DNA of 64,000 nt, from assembly GCA_963786955.1 (NCBI GenBank), contig CAWBAT010000005.1, positions 96,001 through 160,000 on the forward strand. Direction: 5' to 3'. Positions 37,918 to 46,206 of this stretch are shown one piece after another. Under the pieces are notes generated by a model. It did not search any database. It saw nothing but the letters and a program-made list of their open reading frames with translations, and was not told the DNA's origin. Positions within the stretch are counted from its first letter, which is position 1. Every line of letters begins with the position of its first letter. The position numbers and the translations under genes were made by a program. The stretch comes from an uncultured Acidimicrobiia bacterium. Its GTDB lineage: Bacteria > Acidobacteriota > Terriglobia > Versatilivoradales > Versatilivoraceae.

Positions 37918-38849
37918 TTCTTTTTCAGGTCCTGCTCCAGTTGGTCCTGGGCTTGTTACTGGCGCCATTCCTGAATGGGCTGATCCGCAAGTGCAAGGCG
38001 TTGTTGCAGAACCGCCGCGGCCCAGGCTTATTGCAACCGTACTATGATCTGTTCAAACTGCTGCGCAAGGGAACGGTAGTGTCCGAGCATGCCTCTTGGA
38101 TCTTCCGTGTCACTCCATACATTTACTTTTTGACCGCTTTGATGGTCAGCCTCATGATTCCCATGATTACCACAGCCGTGCCGCTAAGCCTGTTTGGAGG
38201 CGTCATTGCCGTGATCTACTTACTGGCCTTGGGCCGTTTTTTTGTAGCGCTCGCCGCTCTAGATACGGCCAGTGCCTTCGGCGGGATGGGCAGCAGCCGG
38301 GAGATGACGGTCGCCGCAATTGCCGAGCCGGCCATGATGCTGTCCATTTTCAGCGTGGCGATAACGGCCGGTTCGACAAATCTGAGCCAGGTGGTTCAAT
38401 CGACCTTGCAACATCAAGAGCAGTTTTTGAGTCCTGCACACATCCTGGCATTCGCAGCCATGTTCATCGTACTCATTGCAGAGACGGGACGTATTCCGGT
38501 TGACAACCCGGCCACCCATCTGGAGTTGACGATGATCCACGAGGCGATGATCCTGGAATATTCGGGACATTACTTGGCACTGATTGAGTGGGGAGCGGCT
38601 CTTAAGCAATTGGTCCTGATGACCCTACTGGTCAATATCTTTTTCCCGGTGGGCGTCGGCACCGTCTTCACGGCCGCCTCCCTGGCCAAGGGTTTAATTG
38701 TTTTCCTGGCGAAGTTGCTCCTGCTGGCACTGGCGGTGGTTCTCGTGGAAACCTCCAATGCCAAACTGCGTTTGTTTCGCGTGCCGGAACTGTTGAGTGT
38801 TGCGTTTATTTTGGCGCTATTGGCCTTGGCGTCACCCTTTATTTTTTGA
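37914..38849 (+). CDS. hyfC: Ehr / HyfC (NuoH-like) membrane subunit
   Basis: ATG at 37914 overlaps the upstream TGA; LQNRRGP..LQPYYDL.KL, FGGMGSSRE, ETGRIPVDNP.THLELTMIHEAM.LEYSG. Confidence 0.92.
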   Translation: MILFQVLLQLVLGLLLAPFLNGLIRKCKALLQNRRGPGLLQPYYDLFKLLRKGTVVSEHASWIFRVTPYIYFLTALMVSLMIPMITTAVPLSLFGGVIAVIYLLALGRFFVALAALDTASAFGGMGSSREMTVAAIAEPAMMLSIFSVAITAGSTNLSQVVQSTLQHQEQFLSPAHILAFAAMFIVLIAETGRIPVDNPATHLELTMIHEAMILEYSGHYLALIEWGAALKQLVLMTLLVNIFFPVGVGTVFTAASLAKGLIVFLAKLLLLALAVVLVETSNAKLRLFRVPELLSVAFILALLALASPFIF

Positions 38850-38863
38850 GAAAGGCATTTGGT

Positions 38864-39529
38864 ATGTCTTATGATTCCGTCGAACTCGGACACCGCTTAA
38901 TCACGTTGATGGCCGCGGCCATGCTCGTCGTACAGATGCTGCTGGCGGGCCAGCGGCTCTTGCCCACGGTCATTGTGCTGTTCAGCTTGCAGTCGTTCTT
39001 CCTGGCCTGTCTAGCTGCCGCCGTGGCTTATGTCAACCATGCTCCTCACGTCTATATCGCGGCCGCGCTGACCCTGCTGTTGAAGGTTGTCGTGATGCCG
39101 CTGCTCTTGCAACGGATCATCCGGCAGACCGGAACTCGGGTGCAAGTGGAAAGCTACCTGAACATGCCGGCGTCCATTCTGATTTGTGGCGGATTAACGC
39201 TGCTTGGCTATATGGTGGCCCATCCGTTCAGCCAGCCTCAAGAGCACGGTCACGGTTCCCTGGCCGTCGCTGTTGCCCTGTTTCTCATCGGGTTTTTTCT
39301 GATGATAAACCAGCGGAAGGCGATCTCTCAGGTGGTGGCGCTATTGACGGCTGAAAATGGACTCTTCCTCGCCGCCATCGCCTTGACCTATGGAATGCCG
39401 CTGATCGTGGAAGTGGGGATCTTCTTCGATGTGCTGGTGGGTGTGATGATCCTGGGCATTCTGTCCTATCGCATCGCAGAGACTTTCGAGTCGATGGACA
39501 CCAGTAAACTCAGACGACTACGAGGTTGA
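38864..39529 (+). CDS. hyfE: Ehr / HyfE membrane subunit
   Basis: LLLKVVVMP, QV..LL..ENG, GMPLIVEVGIFFDV, L..LRG; ATG at 38864. Confidence 0.88.
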   Translation: MSYDSVELGHRLITLMAAAMLVVQMLLAGQRLLPTVIVLFSLQSFFLACLAAAVAYVNHAPHVYIAAALTLLLKVVVMPLLLQRIIRQTGTRVQVESYLNMPASILICGGLTLLGYMVAHPFSQPQEHGHGSLAVAVALFLIGFFLMINQRKAISQVVALLTAENGLFLAAIALTYGMPLIVEVGIFFDVLVGVMILGILSYRIAETFESMDTSKLRRLRG

Positions 39530-39533
39530 CGGA

Positions 39534-41009
39534 ATGACTCTCGTTTTGCTCCTGTTGGCGCCTCTATTGGAGGCTGCAGTTTGTGGGCTGCTGTATTCGC
39601 AACGGTGGATGGAACGGGTCAGCGTCATCTCGGCTGCGGTGAACCTGATACTTGGGGTACTGCTCGTGAGGAACGTGGTCCGCTACCAATCGGTCAGTGC
39701 ATTTGATGGATTTCTGTATGCCGATGCCCTGAGCGCCCTGGTCGTCGTGCTGACGGCCTTCGTGTCCTTCGTCTGTGCGGTTTACGCTGTGAGTTACTTC
39801 CGGAAAGACTTGGAAAAGCAGAACATTACCCTGAGAAGGCTTAAGGAATACTACATTTTGACTCCGCTTTTCGTCTTCGCCCTTTTTCTGGTCGCCTTGG
39901 CCAACAACCTGGGAATCATGTGGGTGGCCATTGAAGGCAGCACGCTGGCCTCCGTGCTTCTGATTGCTTTCTACAACCAGAAGACTTCTCTGGAAGCGGC
40001 TTGGAAGTACATCATCATCGGCAGCATTGGGATCTCGATGGCACTGTTTGGGACATTGATGACGTACTATGCCGCCAGTCACGTCGTCGGCACCGAATCC
40101 ATTGAAGGTCTAAACTGGACTAAGCTCATCGCGACGGCGCCGCTGCTCAATCCCAAGGCTCTGCGCCTGGCTTTCATTTTTATCCTCATGGGGTACGGTA
40201 CGAAGGCCGGCATCGCGCCGATGCACACCTGGAAACCTGATTCTTACAGCGAAGCGCCAGTCCCTTCCGCGGCAATACTGGCCGCTGCAGTGCTCAATTG
40301 CGCCCTCTACGGGATTTTACGGTTTCATATCCTGGCCTCGAAGTGTCTCGGTCCCGAATTTTCCAGTGGCTTACTGCTATGGTTTGGACTGGGATCTTTG
40401 CTCATTGCAACACCTTTCATCCTGGTACAGACCAACTTCCGCCGCCTGCTGGCTTACTCCAGCATTGACCATACCGGGATCATGTTGGTGGGATTTGGGG
40501 TAGGCGGGAGTCTGGGTCCATTCGGCGCGCTGCTCCACATGTTCTATCACGCCATCGCCAAGCCGCTCCTTTTTTTCTGTGCCGGCAACGTTCAGCAGCA
40601 GTTCGGAACCGCTATCTTTCGAAAGGTGGGCGGCGGCGTGATTCATGTGCTGCCGATTACGGCTGTATTGTTCCTGGCCGGGACCCTGGCGGTGACCGGT
40701 ACTCCTCCCGCCGGCTTATTTCAAAGCGAATTGACCATCTTGAGCGCTTCTGTCCAAGGCCGCACTCTCTGGGTGGCCAGCCTCTTTGTCGGATGTGTGG
40801 TCACTATTTTTGCCGGTTTCCTTTACCACATCGGGCGACTGGTGCTGGGCGCGCCCCGGCCTGGGGAGCACCGGCAGGTGGAGTCTTACTGGCGCCTACT
40901 CCCCATGCTGCTGATCGCTGGGCTGACTCTGCTTTTGGGTTTCTGGCTTCCTTCCCCGTTGTTGCGCTTGATCCAGCAGGCTGGCCAGATCGTCGGAGGT
41001 GCGCCATGA
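39534..41009 (+). CDS. hyfF: Ehr / HyfF antiporter-like subunit
   Basis: NNLGIMWVAIE.STL, SLEAAWKY, GYGTKAG.APMHTW.PD..SEAP, RLLAYSS. Confidence 0.9.
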   Translation: MTLVLLLLAPLLEAAVCGLLYSQRWMERVSVISAAVNLILGVLLVRNVVRYQSVSAFDGFLYADALSALVVVLTAFVSFVCAVYAVSYFRKDLEKQNITLRRLKEYYILTPLFVFALFLVALANNLGIMWVAIEGSTLASVLLIAFYNQKTSLEAAWKYIIIGSIGISMALFGTLMTYYAASHVVGTESIEGLNWTKLIATAPLLNPKALRLAFIFILMGYGTKAGIAPMHTWKPDSYSEAPVPSAAILAAAVLNCALYGILRFHILASKCLGPEFSSGLLLWFGLGSLLIATPFILVQTNFRRLLAYSSIDHTGIMLVGFGVGGSLGPFGALLHMFYHAIAKPLLFFCAGNVQQQFGTAIFRKVGGGVIHVLPITAVLFLAGTLAVTGTPPAGLFQSELTILSASVQGRTLWVASLFVGCVVTIFAGFLYHIGRLVLGAPRPGEHRQVESYWRLLPMLLIAGLTLLLGFWLPSPLLRLIQQAGQIVGGAP

Positions 41010-41073
41010 CCGCCGCATTACTTCAGCGGCCCCTTAGGCGATGCGTGGAGCATTCAAGTTGGGAGGGTTTCTC

Positions 41074-42672
41074 ATGAGTGAAGCAACCGGGTTAAGTACA
41101 ATTGTGGCCGACCTCGAAATGGCCTTTGGCGGCAAGATCCAGCGACTGTATGGAAGGCTTCCAAACGAGGTCTATCTGGAAACCGGGCGAGACTCGATTG
41201 CTGCCATTGCAGCCCACCTCTACAAGCTTCGCAAGATCCGTCTGGCCATGGTGTTTGGTATCGATCGGTGCCAGGAGGAGGGAGTCTTCTATCTTCAGTA
41301 CACCTTCGCTTGTGACCGGGCTGCCGGCTTCATTCTTGTTCGGACTGCTGTCCCCACAACCGATCCTGAATTCCCGTCGCTCACACCGTCAATTCCTGCA
41401 GTCAGCTGGCAGGAGAGGGAGATCCAAGACTGGTTTGGGTTAACGGTCTCAGGCCATCCCAATCCACGCCGGGTCGCTCTCCATGACGATTTCCCAGACG
41501 GAGTCTATATATTACGCAAGGATTTTGACCTGTTCTCCAAACCTCAACCCTTACAAGGTCCCCGTCACCTCTTTCGCCCAGTGGAGGGCGAAGGCGTATT
41601 TCAGGTGCCGGTGGGTCCGATTCACGCAGGAATCATTGAGCCCGGTCATTTTCGCTTCAGCGTCGCGGGGGAGCCGGTGCTCTACCTGCAAATCCGTTTG
41701 TTCTACACCCACAAGGCCACCGAAAAGCTCTTCGAGCACAAGCCGCTCTCCCAAGCGGTCTTTCTCGCCGAGAGCATCTCGGGAGATTCCAGCTTCAGCC
41801 ATTCCACCGCCTTCTGCCAGGCGATTGAGAGCCTGGCACGCGTCGAAGTCCCACGTCGGGCCCGGTTGATGCGAACGGCGTTGCTCGAGCTCGAGAGGTT
41901 GTACAACCACATCGCTGATGTGGGTGCGATCGCTACCGACGTCGGATTCATGGTGGCCAATGCTCATGCCATGCGGCTGAAGGAACAATTACTGCAGTTG
42001 AACGGTGAGTTGACCGGCAACCGCCTCTTACGCGGCATGAATGTGTATGGTGGCTTGCGGCGCGACTGGGATTCCCCGCAGATTCAGGGGGCTGCCAGCG
42101 TGTTACGCTTCGTCAAAGGAGAGTTTGAATCGCTAGTGGATTTGATTCTTTCGTCCGCCTCCACTCGTGACCGGCTGGAGACAACTGGCATTCTCCCGCA
42201 CAAAACCGCCGTGGACCTGGGCATCGTGGGGGTTGTGGCCCGTGCGTCTGGAGTGGACCTCGACGTTCGTCGCGATTTTCCCTACGCAGCATACGACGAA
42301 ATCCCTCCGAAGGTAGTACTCCACACGAAAGGTGATGTCTTTGATCGAATGCGGGTGCGCATCGAGGAAGCAGTCGATTCGATCCGCATCGCGCTGGAAG
42401 CCTTTGCAATGCTGACTCCAGGTCCAGTAAATACTGCGCTGCCACCCATCCCGCCTGATGCGTGCGCTCTCGGTTATGTCGAGGGCTGGCGCGGCGAGAT
42501 CCTTCACTGGGTCCTCACTGGGGCAGACGGCAGTTTGGCCCGCTGCAAGATCAAAGACCCTTCGTTGAACAACTGGCCGGCCCTGCCCGAAGCTGTCCAG
42601 GGCAACATCATTCCGGATTTTCCGGTCATCAACAAAAGCTTCAATCTCTCTTACTCAGGAACAGACCGATGA
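41074..42672 (+). CDS. Ehr large subunit (HyfG/HycE-like NuoC-D fusion) lacking NiFe-binding cysteines
   Basis: ERE..D.FG....GHP, PVGPIHAGIIEPGHFRF, ELERLYNH, VEGWRGE, DPS..NW; AESISGD replaces RxCGxC and KSFNLSYSG replaces DPCxxC. Confidence 0.92.
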   Translation: MSEATGLSTIVADLEMAFGGKIQRLYGRLPNEVYLETGRDSIAAIAAHLYKLRKIRLAMVFGIDRCQEEGVFYLQYTFACDRAAGFILVRTAVPTTDPEFPSLTPSIPAVSWQEREIQDWFGLTVSGHPNPRRVALHDDFPDGVYILRKDFDLFSKPQPLQGPRHLFRPVEGEGVFQVPVGPIHAGIIEPGHFRFSVAGEPVLYLQIRLFYTHKATEKLFEHKPLSQAVFLAESISGDSSFSHSTAFCQAIESLARVEVPRRARLMRTALLELERLYNHIADVGAIATDVGFMVANAHAMRLKEQLLQLNGELTGNRLLRGMNVYGGLRRDWDSPQIQGAASVLRFVKGEFESLVDLILSSASTRDRLETTGILPHKTAVDLGIVGVVARASGVDLDVRRDFPYAAYDEIPPKVVLHTKGDVFDRMRVRIEEAVDSIRIALEAFAMLTPGPVNTALPPIPPDACALGYVEGWRGEILHWVLTGADGSLARCKIKDPSLNNWPALPEAVQGNIIPDFPVINKSFNLSYSGTDR

Positions 42673-43631
42673 GCGAATCGCACGACCCCGTTGAAATTAA
42701 CCCGATCTGGGAATCGCTGCAGAGAGCGGATTTGAGCGGTTCAAGACCCACTTCCCCCCTCAGACAGGCTCTCGTGGATCTCGAGGAAGAACGCGTATTC
42801 CAAATGCGTAGACTCTTTGAGCGAGTGCGGACTGGAGCTCACGTATGGAATGCACAATTCGACCGGCTTCTCCCCTTTTACTTTCGGAGGCTCTCCATTA
42901 TGCACTGGACCCCGGTCCATGTAGCCCGTCGGGCTGCTCAGCTTCTGGTGACCGGTCCCAAAACCCGGGTACTGGATGTGGGATCAGGCCCTGGCAAATT
43001 CTGTCTGGTTGGCGCGATGGCCACCCTCGGACATTTCACCGGGGTGGAGCAAAGGCCCCACCTGGTGGAATTCTCAAGGAGTTTTGCACGAAAGTATGCC
43101 ATTCCCCGGGTCCACTTTTTGCGTGCTAATGCCGAGGACCTGAATTGGAGCCGCTATAACGCCTTCTACTTCTACAATCCGTTCTACGAGAACCTGGACC
43201 CCGACAAGAAAATCGACGAACGTGTGGAGTTGAGTCCCGCTTTGTATAACCAGTACATCAGGATGGCTCAAGAGCGGCTGGCGGAAGCGCCCTCCGGGAC
43301 GCGAGTGGTTACCTTCCACGGGATGGGAGGAGAGATGCCCGACGGGTACGAGCGAGTTTTGCAGGAGTTCCAGGATACGGGATTTCTCGAGCTGTGGATC
43401 AGGAACCCCAGTCCGAAAGTGCTAATTTCCTTTCAGAGAATTTCACCACGACGCGAAGGCTTGCAAGCACCGTGTTGCACCAATCCCGGTGGGGCGAGCG
43501 CAGAAAACCGGCTCTTGGTTTCCTTCCGCGACTCGACGAGGAGCACAACTCCTGCTTCTAAAGGCTCAGCCCTCTGTTCAACATCCCAAAATCCTTGCCT
43601 GGAGCTACCGACGTCATGTTTAAGATTCTAA
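42669..43631 (+). CDS. Class I SAM-dependent methyltransferase
   Basis: ATG at 42669 overlaps the upstream TGA (MSESHD...); HWTP..VA, VLDVGSGPGKFC, GVEQR, FYFYNPF, GTRVVT.HG. Confidence 0.85.
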   Translation: MSESHDPVEINPIWESLQRADLSGSRPTSPLRQALVDLEEERVFQMRRLFERVRTGAHVWNAQFDRLLPFYFRRLSIMHWTPVHVARRAAQLLVTGPKTRVLDVGSGPGKFCLVGAMATLGHFTGVEQRPHLVEFSRSFARKYAIPRVHFLRANAEDLNWSRYNAFYFYNPFYENLDPDKKIDERVELSPALYNQYIRMAQERLAEAPSGTRVVTFHGMGGEMPDGYERVLQEFQDTGFLELWIRNPSPKVLISFQRISPRREGLQAPCCTNPGGASAENRLLVSFRDSTRSTTPASKGSALCSTSQNPCLELPTSCLRF

Positions 43632-44488
43632 ACCAAGCTTTTGCAACCGGGATTGTTACGACCGATTATCCGGCCCGCCCCATGGAACCTATCCCCAACC
43701 TTAGGGGTAGACCAGTGATCGATTTCGAGAGAACTGTAGATTGTCTGCCAGCCGCCCTTGTTTGTCCTACAGGTGCACTCACCGTCGAGGACAAACTAGA
43801 CAACCGGAAGGTGACACTCGATTACGGGCGCTGCATCTTCTGCGGCCTGTGTGCTGAAGCCTCTGCCGACAGCAAGATTCGCCTCACGGGAGAAATCGAG
43901 CTGGCTGTCCAACAACGCTCTCACCTCGTCTCCGCGGCTTATTACCGGCTGGATGCAGCCGGGAAGCAGCATTTCCTCAAGATGGCACTGCCCAGTGGGC
44001 AGCCCTGCGAAGCAGAAGAGGCGGTCAAAGAACAGTTGCGAGAGAAGATCAGCCGCGTGTTAGGCCGTTCGCTGCAGATTCGGGAAGTGGATGCAGGCTC
44101 CTGCAATGGCTGCGAGGTGGAAATTACAGGCCTCAATAGCCCGATCTATGATGCTGAACGACTAGGAATCCGATTTGTGGCTTCTCCACGCCATGCGGAT
44201 CTGCTGCTGGTGACGGGACCGGTCACGCGTAATATGGAGATCCCACTCAAGAAGGCCTACAACGCCACACCAGAACCGCGTCTGGTGGTGGCTGTGGGGG
44301 CCTGTGGCTGCAGTGGAGGGATCTTCGGCTGCAACTATGCGTCACTGGGGAGTGTAGACCGGGTAATTCCGGTCGATGTCTACATTCCAGGTTGTCCACC
44401 ACCGCCGCAGGCATTGCTGCATGGCATTTTACTGGCAGTGGGCCGCTTTCAAGAAAAACTCAAAACGCCGGTTCGTTTAGCTGATTGA
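43616..44488 (+). CDS. Fused HyfH/HyfI (ferredoxin plus NuoB-like) Fe-S subunit of Ehr
   Basis: RGRP.ID, VCP, CIFCGLC, then DAGSCNGCE, SPRHAD.LLVTGP, VGAC, IPGCPP; ATG at 43616. Confidence 0.9.
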   Translation: MFKILNQAFATGIVTTDYPARPMEPIPNLRGRPVIDFERTVDCLPAALVCPTGALTVEDKLDNRKVTLDYGRCIFCGLCAEASADSKIRLTGEIELAVQQRSHLVSAAYYRLDAAGKQHFLKMALPSGQPCEAEEAVKEQLREKISRVLGRSLQIREVDAGSCNGCEVEITGLNSPIYDAERLGIRFVASPRHADLLLVTGPVTRNMEIPLKKAYNATPEPRLVVAVGACGCSGGIFGCNYASLGSVDRVIPVDVYIPGCPPPPQALLHGILLAVGRFQEKLKTPVRLAD

Positions 44489-44549
44489 CACATCACAAGG
44501 GTAGGCCTGCATGCCTGTTTTTACCGAATGAAAAGGGAAGGACAAAGCA

Positions 44550-44807
44550 ATGGCACAAACAAAGAAAAGAAAGTTGGATCATATGATCAATAAACTGGCC
44601 AATCCGGCACCCGCGTCGAGCGTTTCGGTTGGGGGTGTAGCAGTAATGCATAACAAGAGCAGTCAACCCGAGCGAGTACTGATTCGGGCAGGATATTGCT
44701 CGGGATGCAATATGAGAATTCCTTCACGGCTGCTTCAGCGAGCTTTGGCCGGCACGACCATTCAATGTGAACAGTGCTCCCGTCGCCTCTATGTCGAGGG
44801 GGACTAA
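44550..44807 (+). CDS. Small C4 zinc-ribbon protein resembling the C-terminal ribbon of DUF164/CT398-type proteins
   Basis: CSGCNMRIP...IQCEQCSRRLY; GGAAGG RBS. Confidence 0.65.
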   Translation: MAQTKKRKLDHMINKLANPAPASSVSVGGVAVMHNKSSQPERVLIRAGYCSGCNMRIPSRLLQRALAGTTIQCEQCSRRLYVEGD

Positions 44808-44938
44808 CGGCGAGTTCATAGGTCACTTAACCGTGATTGAACACGTAAGCTTAATGGGAATCTAAAGCGGGTACGACGAGCGCAAGGTATGGCGTGAGGT
44901 ACCTCGACTTGAATGTGCCTCCAACGCGACTGGCGGAT

Positions 44939-44968
44939 TGGCGCGGATCAACTCCGCGCCATGGTTTT
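44939..44968. terminator. Possible intrinsic terminator
   Basis: 9-bp stem TGGCGCGGA-tcaac-TCCGCGCCA followed by tggtttt, between convergent genes. Confidence 0.35.
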
Positions 44969-45055
44969 AATGAATGAATGGGAAACTGTGCAAGAGGAGT
45001 AAAAGCTCAGGATCTTCTGCTAGAAAGGTGGGGGCGGCTGCAGAAAAAGGCAAGC

Positions 45056-45580
45056 CTAGATGAACAATTCCTCATCCTGATGGACTTCGTCGACGTGGTT
45101 TTTTCTCTTTGAAAAAAGAAACTGCATGCCACTGGAGATTCCAGCAATCAAGGCTGAGAGTTCTCGAACGGGGGTAAGAACGCTCTGTTGAATGACTTCG
45201 GTTGTCGCTTGCATGCGATCCACAGCATCCGAAACGACTTCATCCACCTTGGCAATCTGAAGCCGGGCCCGATCGGTAGTGTCCTCGATGACATCATTGA
45301 CCCGCTGGACTTGAACCTTTACTGTTTCACTGACCTGGGCAAAGTTATCTGCAATGACTTGAACACCAACGAGAACCTTCTTGGTTTCCCCTAAAACTTG
45401 TCTAAAGTCATCAATCGCCGGTTCAACTCTCGTTTCCATATTATTTCGCATGCGATCTATATTCGTCGTAAGCCGGCGAACAGACAGGAGGATCCCTATC
45501 AGCACAAGCACCTGTGTCACGAGAATGATGCACGTGACAATGACAATAAAATCAACCAGACGTTCCACAATAGACTCCAA
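45056..45580 (-). CDS. DUF948-like membrane-anchored helical protein
   Basis: N-terminal TM, amphipathic helical body, C-terminal DEELFI; lies just downstream of a YtxH gene, a common pairing. Confidence 0.6.
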   Translation of the reverse strand: MESIVERLVDFIVIVTCIILVTQVLVLIGILLSVRRLTTNIDRMRNNMETRVEPAIDDFRQVLGETKKVLVGVQVIADNFAQVSETVKVQVQRVNDVIEDTTDRARLQIAKVDEVVSDAVDRMQATTEVIQQSVLTPVRELSALIAGISSGMQFLFSKRKNHVDEVHQDEELFI

Positions 45581-45669
45581 TATTCAAAATCAAGAAAGAT
45601 CAAGAACCAAGGAGGGAAACGGCTTAATTATGCAAAAACAATGAGTCCAGTCGAGAGAGCCCCGAAATC

Positions 45670-45981
45670 CTACTCGGGGCCCACTTGGGATTTAGCCTTC
45701 TCTTCACGATAGGCCTGCTTACCGGCCTCGATCGCAGCCGCCATTTGCTCTCGCTGCGTGCTGACGACTTCTTTGCCCTTTTCAATATAGGTCGAGACCT
45801 TTTCACCCACATTGCGACTGGTCGATAAAACACGCTCCCTGCTTTCAGACGCTCTCTGGGAAATGATCTCCCGGGTTTCGCGCCCCGAACGGGGAGCAAA
45901 CAACAATGCAATGATTGCCCCAATTCCCCCGCCTACCAGAAAAAAGGAAAGCTTCGAAAGACGATCACTTCCATCGCTCAT
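45670..45981 (-). CDS. YtxH domain protein
   Basis: FLVGGGIGAIIALLFAPRSGRETRE, AAIEAGKQAYREEK. Confidence 0.88.
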   Translation of the reverse strand: MSDGSDRLSKLSFFLVGGGIGAIIALLFAPRSGRETREIISQRASESRERVLSTSRNVGEKVSTYIEKGKEVVSTQREQMAAAIEAGKQAYREEKAKSQVGPE

Positions 45982-46206
45982 CGTCTATACCTCCGTGATA
46001 GATTTACTTTCAACAACTTACGATTCCAATACTGATGCTAACATATCTGCCTCGTCATCACAAATTGATTAGAAAGCACCCCCCTGATCCCAAGTTCGAC
46101 ATAAATGGATCCATAAAGTCGAGCGGTTCTCTCTAGTGGTAGCGAATCGAAACAAACCTCTTCGGGAAAGCCATTCAAGCTGCAACCCTTTGAATGGGAC
46201 TTGCTA

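Noticed and set aside
42670-42672. TGA at the end of the large subunit as selenocysteine
   Set aside because: The SYSGTDR ending matches the normal Ehr C-terminus and the TGA overlaps the next ATG; I saw no SECIS-like hairpin.
33721-44488. Functional [NiFe] hydrogenase-4 or formate hydrogenlyase
   Set aside because: The large subunit lacks both CxxC Ni-binding motifs, and no maturation or fdh genes are in the window.
46133-46145. CTAGTGGTA resembling the IS630 left end
   Set aside because: Only a 9-nt match, with no partner end or transposase remnant.
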